A stretch of 63,409 nucleotides of DNA, counting the filler, from Diploschistes diacapsis (lineage: Eukaryota), in the NCBI GenBank assembly GCA_023645945.1. It is 16 parts of 16 records of this genome, joined end to end, with 100 filler letters (N's around TTAATTAATTAA, not from the genome) between each part and the next. Parts side by side here need not be neighbours in the genome. Positions count along the whole stretch, not along the records: positions 1 to 21,149 come from JALAIB010000315.1; 15 more parts are not named here. One strand, given 5' to 3'. Shown here piece by piece: positions 1-11,235 of this stretch. A program made the translations under genes and the position numbers. The notes beneath the pieces are model-generated. The model did not search any database. It was not told where the DNA came from and was given only the letters and a program-made list of their open reading frames with translations. Position 1 is the stretch's first letter. The number at the start of each line of letters is the position of its first letter.

Positions 1-3000
1 GGGCAGGCTGAGTTTGAGCTTGAGGTTCAGGGTGGGAGGGGAAGTATTCCCGGCGCGCCGTGTGCCCTGGGGCGGCGCCGGCCGTGCTGTTGCTGTTGCT
101 GTTGTTGATGTGTGTGTTGGTGCTGTGGGCCTGGTCGGGCATCTGATCCGGGGCGTTGGCGGCCGGCGGGCTCTCGACGATGGAGCTCTCGTAGGGCAGG
201 TTCTGCTCTGCGGCGTAGTTGGGGTCTTCGGCGCCGGAGAAGCGCTGGGCGAGGACCTGCTGCTGGACGGCGCTGACGGGCCGGTCCGAGGCGGCGAGGG
301 AGCTGCCGCGCTTGAGATGGGCTGGATCGATGACACGGTCTTCGGGCACGGCGGTCATGGCTTCTTCGCTTTCCGGGTCGCGGATGCTGAACTGGGCGAT
401 GGTGCGCATCTTGCGGGTTACCCACGAGGCGAGGATCTTGCCGCGCTGTTTCTCGCCGAGGCGGGAGCGCGGGAAGTCGCCTTTGCCGACGAAGGCGACG
501 ATGTCGGCGACGACTTGGTGCTCGTTTAGGATGGCGTTGATGATGACGGGGACGATGGAGGCGAGGTAGGCTTTGCGCATCACTTCGACGAGCACGACGA
601 TGAGGCCGCCGGCTTGGAAGACGGCGCTGGGACTGTCAGTAAGGATAGAAGGAGCGTTTTGGGTGAGCTTACCATCCGCCTGGCACGTTGTTGCGATGGC
701 ATCGCTCCACAGACTGCTCAATGTCCATTGGGAAGTGACTCAGTCCGTTGACCTCGAACGTCTCGCCCACGGCACCTAGAACAAAGAGAACCTGCATTTC
801 GACGGCTTGCCCGTTGGGACCGATGGGTCGCGTGACCGTGTGTAAGAATCCGAGATCGCCGGTTCGCACGTACTTGACATTGGGGTCGCCATCCACCGTT
901 CGTCCCATGAACCGTTCGGCGTCAAAAGGCTCTTTGCTGCCGTAGAAGGAGAACACGCAAGCCTCGGACTGAACCCATATTTCTCCATACTCGCCGACGA
1001 GGCAGAGGGAGCAAGTCTCGGGGTTGACGATCGCTATTTGGGTACTGACAGGAACCATGCCAGAATCTTGGATCAGGAGCGCTGTGGGGTCGGTATCTTG
1101 TTCGATGGGGTAGATGAGACCTCGTCGAAGTGCTCGGGTGTCCAGCCACAGTTCTATTGGCTCGATACACATGTAGGATCTTGAAGCTACCATTGGATTT
1201 AGGACGTGGGAGTAGATGGTGTTGATTGCGGTTCGATCCAGACCGGCGCTGGCAAAATGATGTCGTACCTTGGCAACTAGATTTCGCTCAGTCAATTGTG
1301 ACATAATAGCGCATAACGAAGCAGCAACTTACAAACATCAGTTCTTGGCCGAGCTTCTGTGGCAATCATTAGGTTTTTGAGTTCGTGTAGTTGGAAGCCC
1401 TTTGCAGGCATCACCGCCATGCCGTGGTCGAGCATTTGTGTCGTCGCGTAGGTATCTTTGATTTTGTAGCGAGAAAGAGTCAAGAAGAGCGAAGAAGGGT
1501 TAGAGGCGAAATCGACAGGAGAAACAAGATATGTTGGAGCGCCTGCGCTTGATCAGCCAAAGGCTGAAGATTCTGGCAGGACACTTACCAACAAAGACAC
1601 CCATCAGACAGGAGTGTACGAAGCCAATGCCGCTTGTGCTACGGACGCATCCAAGCACGGGCCTCGAGCTCGTCATCTGGCAGGTTTCTTTTTGTACCTT
1701 ACAGATGCCCATGATCGTGTCGTGCCCCAATTGAACGGCTATCCGGCGCTGATCAGGAGTCCAGTAAGTCCATATCAGCACCGCATGACCTGCCTTGACC
1801 CACGGAGGCTTCATGGTGAAGCCTAGATCTTTGCAGCCGTGCGTCTGCTTGGACGGCTTCGTTGTGTTGTGAACCGAAGGAATATTCACCCTTAGCACCT
1901 GGGCCGACTGCTTCATATGTTGCGACACAATCTTTTGCTTGAGCAAGTGGTCGACGTCGGTGTTGACGAGGACGGCTTTCACCTTGTAGTCGCCGGTCAG
2001 ATGAAGAAAAGCTGGTGCGTCCTCGTTCAGCCTGTTCTGGTCAAGCGGCGCCATCGGAATGGCTACTGCACCCAAGCAGAAACAGGCATGGACGGCGTAG
2101 ATGAACTCTTCAGAATGCGTGTACATAAGTACAAGGTGATCGCCTGCACGGATCTTGCACTTATTTTGTAGATACATGGCAACGGCGGCCACTTTTTGGT
2201 CGAATTTCTTCCATGAGACTGGCCTTCCCTCTCGGCCGCGACCGTCTATGGTGCACAGAGCTACTTCTTCCGACTGCCTTGCGGCTCGCCATTGAAAGAG
2301 ATCAACAATACTGGCAAAGTTGTTGAGAGGTGTGGATGTCCTGTCGTCAATCACGACTTCTCGAAAGTCAAAGCCAGAGTACTGCTTCTCCTGCCCAATC
2401 AATATGTCCTGTCTCGCTACGGTAGATAGCGACGACCATATTCCGCCCACCGGATCCACACCTAATGGGAGATTTAATACGGACCTCTCAACGCCAAACT
2501 TGACGTGCACGCATGGTAAAGCACCCGCGTCGAAGTCTCTGCGACACAACATGTTGCCAATCTCCTTTCTGCCATTCTTCCAGATCCGCGGAAGGGTATC
2601 CGGGGCAGTTATGAGGACACAGTAGACTCGGAGCTGGTGCTCCATGTACAGAACCTCCATGCATCGCTCAGACAGAGAGTCAAGCAGTGCTGTGTCAAGT
2701 GGTCTTGGAGGCCCACCGCTTGTGGTCGGAGCTGTTGAAGCCGCAGCAGATTCAAGTATGATGAGCGGTAAATGTTCGTCGTTGACGAAGACGTCGAAGC
2801 CAGAACAGTCGTAAGTCTTAGGAATGTTCTTCATAATGGTGATGATCAGGTGCTGGATGAAGAAGTACCGATGCTCGGCTACCTCGACACCATGCTCGAC
2901 CCATTCTACCTTTTGCCGTAACCGATCCTCGTACAGACCCAGGATGTAAATCTTGCCTTCGATGACCGTACCTAATAGTCCAGTCCTCAAAAACTCTGGC

Positions 3001-5420
3001 TCCACAGCAACTGGCGTAGGGCTACCTTCAACGAATTTGTAGGGCCGTGCGTGGAAAATTGATTCGGTATGCTTTGGCAACGCCCAGAAGCCTCCAGACA
3101 ATGAGGGCGAATCCACCCAGATCTCACCAACATTATGTGGAGTACATAGTAAGCTTGTCTCGGGATCAACGACCGCAAGGGTAGCATCCGGTATCGGATA
3201 CCCGAATGCTCCGAGCCTAATCGTACCAGGCTCGCCGGCTCGTTTCCTTGCTTCCTCGCCAATGGCAACCACCACGACTTCGTTGGTTTTCAGCGCCTCC
3301 TTGTCCAGCAAAACTTCACTCACTTCGCTCCTCTCTTTGGTGCTCTTCCGCACGGCGGTTGAACCGCCGATAAGGCTGCTGTAGCCGCCATTGGGTACAG
3401 GTGCAGGCTGAACCTCCTCCTCCTCGCTCAACTCTTCCATTTCGATTGTGTTCAAAGGACACCCCATTCTCTCCTCCCCACCGAGCCAGTCCCGCATCGC
3501 TATTACCATCCCGCCGTGCTCGGGCAGGCATAGTAACGGAGCGACGAGCTCTCGAGCTCGGGTATTGCGCAATGGCCGTAGCCAGCGATCGGCCAGGACC
3601 TCGTGAAACTCTGGATCGACCGTGAGCGTGTCAATCAAGCAAATCTTCACGCTTGAGAAATTCGGATCCATGTTCTTCTTATAATTTCTCGTGGCCATAG
3701 GGTCCGACTGATAATTGTAAACGGCGTTCTTCAAGCCTGGATAATCCGCCAGCATCACGGTGGCCTTGTACCTGGAGATTAGATGCGCGTAAAGACCGGG
3801 TGTAGGAACGGCCTCATGCTCCATCCACACAGTAGTATGGCCACCGTATACGGCCAGGAGAACTCCCAGGATCATGCCAATACCTCCTCGAGGATCCAAA
3901 TAACTTATTAAGATTTCACCACTATCTCTCCGATTCATCAACCTGCCTGAATTGTCTCGCAGTTCAGGATTGTGTGTATCGCCATCTGCTGGAATAGTGG
4001 CAAGAATGGCGCTCATACAGGCCATTTGGTGCATAATGGTTCTGTGGCTCATGACAACGCCTCGCAAGTCACCAGTCGGAGCTCTGGAGAACTCGATATA
4101 CGCCAGGTCCGGGACCACCAGCGGAGGCGCCTCTTCCTTTTTCTTGGGATGGTAACTTCCAAAGTCGTTGGTCTTCCACCATTCCACCCCCCGAGGCCAA
4201 CTCAGCTTGTTTTCCGTTATCATTCGTGTAAAGTTTTTGAGGTTGGTGTCCGTCGTTAATGCTAAATGCGCCTGCGTCGTCGTCAAGACGACATTCAGTC
4301 GATTGTAATCTCGTAAATCATTGATAGGTACGGCGACGACGCCTGCGATGAAACAGCCCAGAAGCGCGACGGCGAAATCGATGATCTCGACGTCGCGATA
4401 GATTAGCGCAACTCGATCGCCACGGTAGAGGTTGCTCTTGTCTCGTATGACCTGCGCGACCTTTTCCGCCCTGCTCGCCACTTTGTCCCAAGTAATGGAA
4501 GCAATCTCCTTCCCCTTCTGATCCAGAACCCAGTACGCTGTTTGCTTTGCTGTCGTTCTCGCCCGATGTCGCAAGACAGCCGCGATGTTATCAAATTTGG
4601 ACATCGGCACGCTATTGTTATGCGGATCGTATACGGCAAAGGTGAAGTCGCGAGGCTCTAGGGGCAGTAGATGGTTTACTGCAGCTGCGGAAGGCAGGTC
4701 GCTTGGCTGCAATGGCGGAGGGGGCATTGCCGCATTCGGAGAGAATGCATCGTTCAAAGAATACCGGTGCGGGCCACCGTACGCCTGATCCTGCTGCCCA
4801 CCCTGCTGCTGTCCCGTAAAGCCTTGAAACATGGCCTGGTCCAGCATCGTGGAGTGTCTCGTTGCTGGCATAATTGCGTCCTCCGGATTATATCCGACTT
4901 CATTTTCTGGGTTGAAAGCATAGTTGGCGCTCTTCATGGTCGGCGAGCTTGAATCATCGAAGCTTGGAGGGTATGAATTGTCGGCTTGACCGCTATAGGC
5001 GCTGTGTTGGGAAACGTTCCTGACCTGAAGGCGCCCAGGCTCTGGTTGCATATATCCTCCATTATAGTTGCCACTTGCTGTATCGTAAAATGATGCACCG
5101 GATGCGCCGGGTGCACCTGGTGCGCCTGGTGCGCCTGGTCCACCTTGCGCAGGACTCAGCGTTGGCTGATTTCCCATTGTGCCTGTGCGCGACGCTTCCT
5201 TGGACGCGGGATGCAGGGAGTCATCCGGATTGTGCAGGCGAAGGCCTCCGGCAGATTGCTGCTGCTGCTGCTGTTGTTGCTGTTGCATCGGATCGCCAGT
5301 GAACTGACTGAAGAGAAGCGTCCTTCGCTTCTGATATCCTTTGGCTGTGATCTCGCCATCTTCCAGCTCCTGTTCCAGCTCTTGCAGCCTGACCTGAAGC
5401 TCGGGGTTCGCCTCGGCCAT
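1..5420 (-). CDS. CPS1: CPS1/DIP2-family protein (DMAP1-binding N-terminus plus two tandem AMP-binding, FAAL-like domains); 3' end runs off the window start
   Basis: Exons 5420-1589, 1542-1333, 1276-673 and 626-<1 splice in frame via GT-AG introns. N-terminal LEDGEITAKGYQKRRT motif, LAYIEFSRAPTGDLRGV, FLRTGLLG, YVRTGDLGFL and C-terminal FPRSRLGEKQRGKIL. Confidence 0.93.
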
Positions 5421-5957
5421 GTTTTAGGGAATGAAAGTCGAAGGACGGCCGACTCGGGCTCGATGAAACGACAGGCGCGGAGGGAATGAAACACACATGG
5501 ACTACATTGGTTGGGATCAGAGCTTAGCCACGAAAAGGAGCAAACAATCGGGGAATCGCTTCGTGAAGCAAAATGAAGAATTGAAGCTCTCCGTGCGCTG
5601 CTGTCGAGGGAAACGGAAAGTGGCTGGCGGGCGCCAAATTGACTTTCCGTAAGACCCGCAGTCCACTAAACGGCCGTTTAGTGGCGGGCGGGCATTGCAG
5701 GGGTCGCACGTGGGATGGAAAAAAATGACATCAAATTACCCTCGCTCTTTCAGAGCAACTTTATAATAGACATTCATATTGGCATTCACATTCACATTCA
5801 CAGTCTGTTTGGATGTAACAGGAGTCATGTACGGCATGATTCCTTCTTCAATTGTTAAACGCCCATAACGCCTTGATAATACACTATCAAACTCCAGTGC
5901 CTACCTACATAACCCGTCAGGTGAATCCATACAGAAAGATCTTCCACATCCGAGTCG

Positions 5958-6956
5958 TTACTGGATGTCTACCTTCTTGATCTCAACAAACTCATCTGCC
6001 TTTGGAACACGAATCATCAACACCCCATCCTCCATTTTTGCGGTGATGCCATCGGCGTTCACGGCAGCTGGCTGAGACTTGCTACCCAGCTTAATCTTCC
6101 TTTCGAAAACCCCAATGTTTCGCTCGTCCAGGGCCAAAGTCTTCAACAATGCCTCATCTCCAGGCCGGTGAATGACACCTGAAACAGAAACCTCCGAATT
6201 CTCACGGTCCCAGCTGACGCCACAATGTTCTTTCTGTGCACCGGCCAGCGAAACATGGATGACGTAAGCGTCACTAGTATCAAAGACGTCGACTGGTGGC
6301 TTGAAATCCTTCTCTTCGGTACTCTTCGGCACCACAGCGTCAAATCCGAAATTATCCCTCATAAACTCTCCTAGCGTCTCCATGTTGAGTCCTCCTTTAT
6401 TCACATCAAAGAACCGCCCCCACCCAGCAGCGCCACCACGGCCGCCTCGTCCTCTCCACCCACCGCGACGTCCGCCGAAAGCACCAGGGAAGAAGGGCAT
6501 TCCGCCCGCTTGCCAGGGATTAAAGCTGGAACCGTCTGGTCCGTGATGTCCATGTGGTCCACCAGGGCCGTGATGACCGTGTGGGCCACCTCTATGATGA
6601 TGACGGCCTCGGCCACGCCAGCCTCCGCGGTGAGGGGGAGGGCCCTGAGGAGGTGGACCATGAGGGGGTTCAGCCTGGTACTCAGTGTCTGGTTGGGGTT
6701 GCGACGCTGCGAGTAGTGGAGAAGGCGGATCATCATATTCGTCACCTAATGGCGTCTTGTCGTCGTTGTAATCAGGTGATACTTTCTCGTGGCTGCTAGA
6801 TGACATGTGCTCGTGACGAGCATCTTCATTGCTTGGACCTTCGCCGTTATCACCCTGTGCGTCGTTGGGAGCTCCTTCTTGAAACGCGCCATCCATTTCA
6901 GCAACCCAGTCCCAAAACGGGTTCGGCTGTTGATTTAGTGCCTTAATGTTCGTCAT
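5958..6956 (-). CDS. HSP20/alpha-crystallin-domain small heat shock protein with long low-complexity N-terminus
   Basis: Single-exon 332-aa ORF. C-terminal PPVDVFDT...VSLAGAQK...GVFERKIKL...ITAKMEDGVLMIRVPK...KKVDI matches the alpha-crystallin domain with a terminal V-x-I motif. Confidence 0.9.
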   Translation of the reverse strand: MTNIKALNQQPNPFWDWVAEMDGAFQEGAPNDAQGDNGEGPSNEDARHEHMSSSSHEKVSPDYNDDKTPLGDEYDDPPSPLLAASQPQPDTEYQAEPPHGPPPQGPPPHRGGWRGRGRHHHRGGPHGHHGPGGPHGHHGPDGSSFNPWQAGGMPFFPGAFGGRRGGWRGRGGRGGAAGWGRFFDVNKGGLNMETLGEFMRDNFGFDAVVPKSTEEKDFKPPVDVFDTSDAYVIHVSLAGAQKEHCGVSWDRENSEVSVSGVIHRPGDEALLKTLALDERNIGVFERKIKLGSKSQPAAVNADGITAKMEDGVLMIRVPKADEFVEIKKVDIQ

Positions 6957-7679
6957 GTTGTAATGATCTCTAGGAATATGCAGGAGGTGTTGGTTTTCAG
7001 GCTAGTTGGATGGCTAGTTGGATGTATAGTAGAATGGTATAGTAGAATAGAATAGTAGAATGCGAGAATAGCAAGAAATATTGCAATGAGGACAAAGGAG
7101 AATTCTTATATGCAGTCAATCGCCACCCAGGCAAGCAGGACCACGTACAAGGCGTGGTGCCAAGCCCCTTGACGAGTTCGGGGCCTACGCAATACACGCA
7201 GGGGTCCCACAGCAGCCTGGACGCCCACAACAAGTGAATCAGAACTTAGAAACGCTGAGTGAAAAAGTGACGCTCTGGAAAGCTGGAAGAAGGCCGCAGA
7301 TGAGCTGGGTAACTCGCTTGTAGCTTTCGCGTATTGGTGGCTCTGTGTTTAGTTGCGCCGAGGCCGCGTGTCGCTTATGAAGGTTATGACATGACATGAA
7401 CTCGATGAGCTTGAAGCACGATTAAGCCAGTATTCCAGATGGGACGTTGTTCAACGCGTTAGGTTAGCGGGATTCAGAAGCTCTCAACAACTTCAAATCT
7501 TGGCTATACTACGACGTAGAGCCCTAACTGTGCTGTTTCGAGCAGACTCTAGCGAAGTATTTGCTCTCTGGCTCTGCTGATCACTGAAAAATGATTGTGG
7601 CGACGTTACAGTTTTACAGCGGCGAGGAGTGGCTGAGTAGGATACCTGCTTAGCTAAGCAGGTATTGTATTCTATTCTA

Positions 7680-7889
7680 ACGTGTTCCACCACACAACGG
7701 AACACACCACAAAGCGGAACACTACATTATAATGTAATTGCGCTAGATCGAGCGCTTCCATATTTGTACGAAGCTAAATCTGTTCTCAACCACACTACCC
7801 CGTTCTTCGGCCTTTAAGAAATACACTTTACGAAGGTGCAGGGATTATGTTCCGCTTTGTGGTGTGTTCCGTTGTGTGGTGGAACACGT
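7680..7889. mobile_element. 210-bp MITE of the Tc1/mariner (pogo/Fot1) type
   Basis: Perfect 42-bp TIRs (ACGTGTTCCACCACACAACGGAACACACCACAAAGCGGAACA at 7680-7721, reverse complement at 7848-7889), TA target duplication at 7678-7679 and 7890-7891, no coding capacity. Confidence 0.92.
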
Positions 7890-7972
7890 TATCTAAAGTC
7901 CAAACTCCGAATCTTCTCCGATGATAACGTAAATCAGTCGGTACGGACAAACAATATCGCCGTTCCATCACT

Positions 7973-9525
7973 TCATGAATTTTGAAGCAGTACGGCTAAT
8001 ACATGAGTTGAGCTAGCCATCCAGTAACCATTATCGTCCTCGGAGCAACCTTTGACCCAGGAGAAGGCTTTGCGATCGAGGCCAGAAAGCTTGAAGAGCT
8101 TTGCATACGCATATGCCTTCTTATCTGCGAGAGATGGCCTCAATTCGCGTCGGGTGCAAAGAAAGTCTTTGACCACAGCCCAGTCTTCTCTCATGGGCAG
8201 ATTCTGACAGAGGAAAGTCTTCAAAGATGATTCGCCGTGGGTCTTGCTCAACGCCGTGAACCGTCCTATTATGTATTCTTTCGCTTGTTCCGCGTCCGAT
8301 GGGTCGTCTAGTTCGGGGATTTCGCCGAAGCGTTGGGTTAGTGGAATTCTCTTCAAACTCTGCGCAAAGCCAGCAACGTTGATAAAGCAGATCGCCATCT
8401 TCGTGCTGGAGTACCTGCGTGATTTGGCAATGCTGTCCCAGTCTGCCAAGCTTGAGTGCAGATAAGTTACATTGGGTTCACCTGCGTTTACCAGCCTAGC
8501 ATAATCTGCTAGGTCTACTGTGAACAGCACTGATGATACCAATGCATAAAATCCCTTCAACATTTTGAGGCCCCCATGCGATCGAGAAGCATCCAGAACA
8601 GTCCAGGCAACTCTTTGACTTTCAAAATAAGTATAACAAGCCCCGCGACGTCCGATGTGGATATGAAGTAGATCTGCATCCGAGGGAACATATTCTGGCT
8701 GGGAGAGTTGTCCAATCCTATTGAAGAAGCTGCTCAGCTGTAAGAGAAAGTGACAATTGAGGTCAAAAATTCTCACTGAGCTTTGCTATTGCCAGTATCA
8801 GAGAACTCTTCGTTCTCGAGACAAGATCGCACAGCAGCGTCATGCCAAAGGGCAGTGACCGCCTCAACTATATCCTGCGGCAAAGTGTCGCAGTCTACGA
8901 AGACTTTGTCGTGTGCTAAAGTCTCGAAGTGCCTTTCTTCTATTTCCGTAGCAAATGGGATCTTACAACTGATCGTGTTCCAAAGTAGATTCTGCATAGA
9001 AGAACTGACAAAAGCAAATATGTCACGTTTGCATTGAGAAACTTGGGCAGCTCTCAAAGGGCCACGTTCATGAGTTTTCATCGAGTAAAGCCAGCGTCCA
9101 TTGGCGTGCGAGCTCCTGGTCAATAAGAGCACCATCACATGTTGCTTGTCCTTGTCTTTTTCCAGCTCTTTGTCAATCTGTTGAGACCGCCGTGTGGCCA
9201 TCCATTCTGTCCATGGGAGCCATGCCTTCTGATCCCAGCCATTTTGCAGGCTACCCAAGGTCGATGTTCCAGTCTCCGTGTCTTGCGATTCGTGGGGAGC
9301 AGACCAGTCCTGCAAAGCATTCGGACCTCTAAAAGCCTTCTTCTCATCTGCAGGCCCTGCCACTTGCCGCGAGGACGATGCTTGAGGTGCCTCGTCCGTA
9401 GATGTCCATGTATCGCCGTCGGACAAAGATCTTTTCTCATTCAAAGGCTTGATAAGTTCGTCTTCTGGATGAGCATCTGTTGCTCCACTCTCTAAAAGAT
9501 AGGTCGTAGACGAATTGCCTTCCAT
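7973..9525 (-). CDS. Highly divergent heterotrimeric G-protein alpha-like protein (~501 aa) with degenerate GTPase motifs
   Basis: Exons 9525-8777 and 8729-7973 join through a 47-nt GT-AG intron (..KA-H-FFNRI..). G-alpha scaffold is recognisable: RRSQQIDKELEKD, AVTALWHDAAVRSC, LSQPEYVPSDADLL, VSSVLFTVDLADY, AKEYIIGRF. Confidence 0.82.
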
Positions 9526-10213
9526 AATGACCTTCTCGAAGCTACTGATCCTACCTCATGCCATTAAAGGTGAAAAGAATGCAGCAAACAAATACGAAGA
9601 CAAACATGCTCATTGACTAATTTCATTTAGTTCAAGGATGTCGAAACCTTACGATTATCAAAGATGCTCAACCTCCATGCGTAGAAAACCACCTCGAGTG
9701 CAAGTCTTCGTCGTCAAATACTCATCTTCTAAATGCATAGAAAAGGATAAGGATCAGTAACTGCAAAACGCACTTGTGCATGACGATGCCGCTTGACGCT
9801 AAGCAGCAAGGCCACGCGGTACATGAAGGGACAAAATCCCAACTCTATTAAGCAAAAGTTCGTAAAATGTGCCTATCAAAATGATGCTCTGCCATCTGGG
9901 TTGATGCAGAAAATCTACTACGGACAACTCGGAGATAAGATCTGCCCTGAATCTAACTCGCCGGGGCCTTGCAGATGGCCTTCACCACGTCCTACCCGGT
10001 AGCTACAACAACTGCCACGCTCTACGGCTCGAACTTCCCATTCAGCAAAGCAGTTGCAGTTCGCGCAGAATGAAGGAGAGCGGGGAGCGGAATTGTTACA
10101 GAAGAAGTCCAAGGCCGAGACAAATAGCCTGACCGACCCCCTCAAGGCTTACTCTCCTAAAGATCAAACGTTAACCCATTTACATCCAGGACCAGCCTGC
10201 ATCCCGTCCTACC

Positions 10214-10955
10214 ATGGCAACGCCGCAACGCACCCACTTCCGCGCCCCCGAGCGCGTCACATCCCTCCTAAAAGACCTCCACCAGGAAGAGACACCGAAA
10301 GGCCCCGGAGGGCGGTCACGAGCAGTTCCGCGAAGCCGCGCGGATGATGCAGAACAAGTTCATCGCGCTCGACGAAGGCAAGGCGCTGTTTGTCCACCGC
10401 CTTGTGCGAGCGACGGGCGCTTTGAACGTGGTCGAGGCTGGCACCAGCTTCGGCGGGAGCACCATCCATCTAGCCACTGCCGTGGGGGTCAGAACGCCAA
10501 CGATGCGGCGAAGCGGCCGGGAGAGGCGCAGGGTGATTGCTAGCGAGCATGAGCCAATGAAAGCTGCGCGGGCTCGAGAGAATTGCGCGGTTGGCGGGCC
10601 CGACTGTTGAGCCGTGGATCGAGCTTGGTGGGGGAGACGTACGGGAGCCGCTTAAGGAGGTGCCGCCCGTTGACTTTATGTTGCTTGACAGCGAGTTTCC
10701 GACATCGCTGTGTTGCAGCATTTGACTCGTGGGACTATGGTCTGGACGCCAATGGTCTTGCCTGTAATCAAGCTTCTCGAGCCGAGCCTCAAACCAGGCT
10801 GTGTTATCATTACCGACATCACCATCTCGCCTGCCAAAGGTCATCGGGACTTTTTCAATCATATCAATGCGCACGACAGGCCCTATACAACCCTCACCCT
10901 GTCCTAGTCCAATGGGCATGAAATGACAGTCTATCGTCCGAGTATTAAGCGTTGA
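10214..10955 (+). pseudogene. Class I SAM-dependent O-methyltransferase pseudogene
   Basis: Segments KFIALDEGKA...VVEAGTSFGGSTIHLA...IASEHEP, VEPWIELGGGDVRE...VDFMLLD and WTPMVLPVIKLLEPSLKPG lie in different frames (frameshifts near 10300 and 10600). The expected intron acceptor reads GG at ~10740 and there is an in-frame TAG at 10905-10907. Confidence 0.8.
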
Positions 10956-11235
10956 TATGGGCGACGGAGCTGCAGCACGGCAATCGTAGGACATCACGAG
11001 GGAAGACCCGTTTTCATCATTGATGGTAGCGTGTTACTGCAGATATCTTGTCAACTGTATCAGTGGTTCACCGATGTCATTATTGTAGCTAAATTGGCGT
11101 GACGGTGAATGCTGCTGAACATTTCCCTAGAGCGCACCCTCGGCAGTAGTAGCTACCTCCATTTTGCTCTCAGTCTCTCTTTCAAGACTTGACTCGCACC
11201 CGCAGAAAACCCCTGTATATCCTTGCTGTCTCTCT

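Noticed and set aside
14..569. Plus-strand ORFs 14-529 and 219-569 and minus ORF 27-425
   Set aside because: Antisense or off-frame shadows of the GC-rich last CPS1 exon.
1500..5420. CPS1 as an NRPS backbone of a secondary-metabolite cluster
   Set aside because: Adenylation-like domains only, with no condensation or thiolation motifs seen; the family is the conserved DIP2 type.
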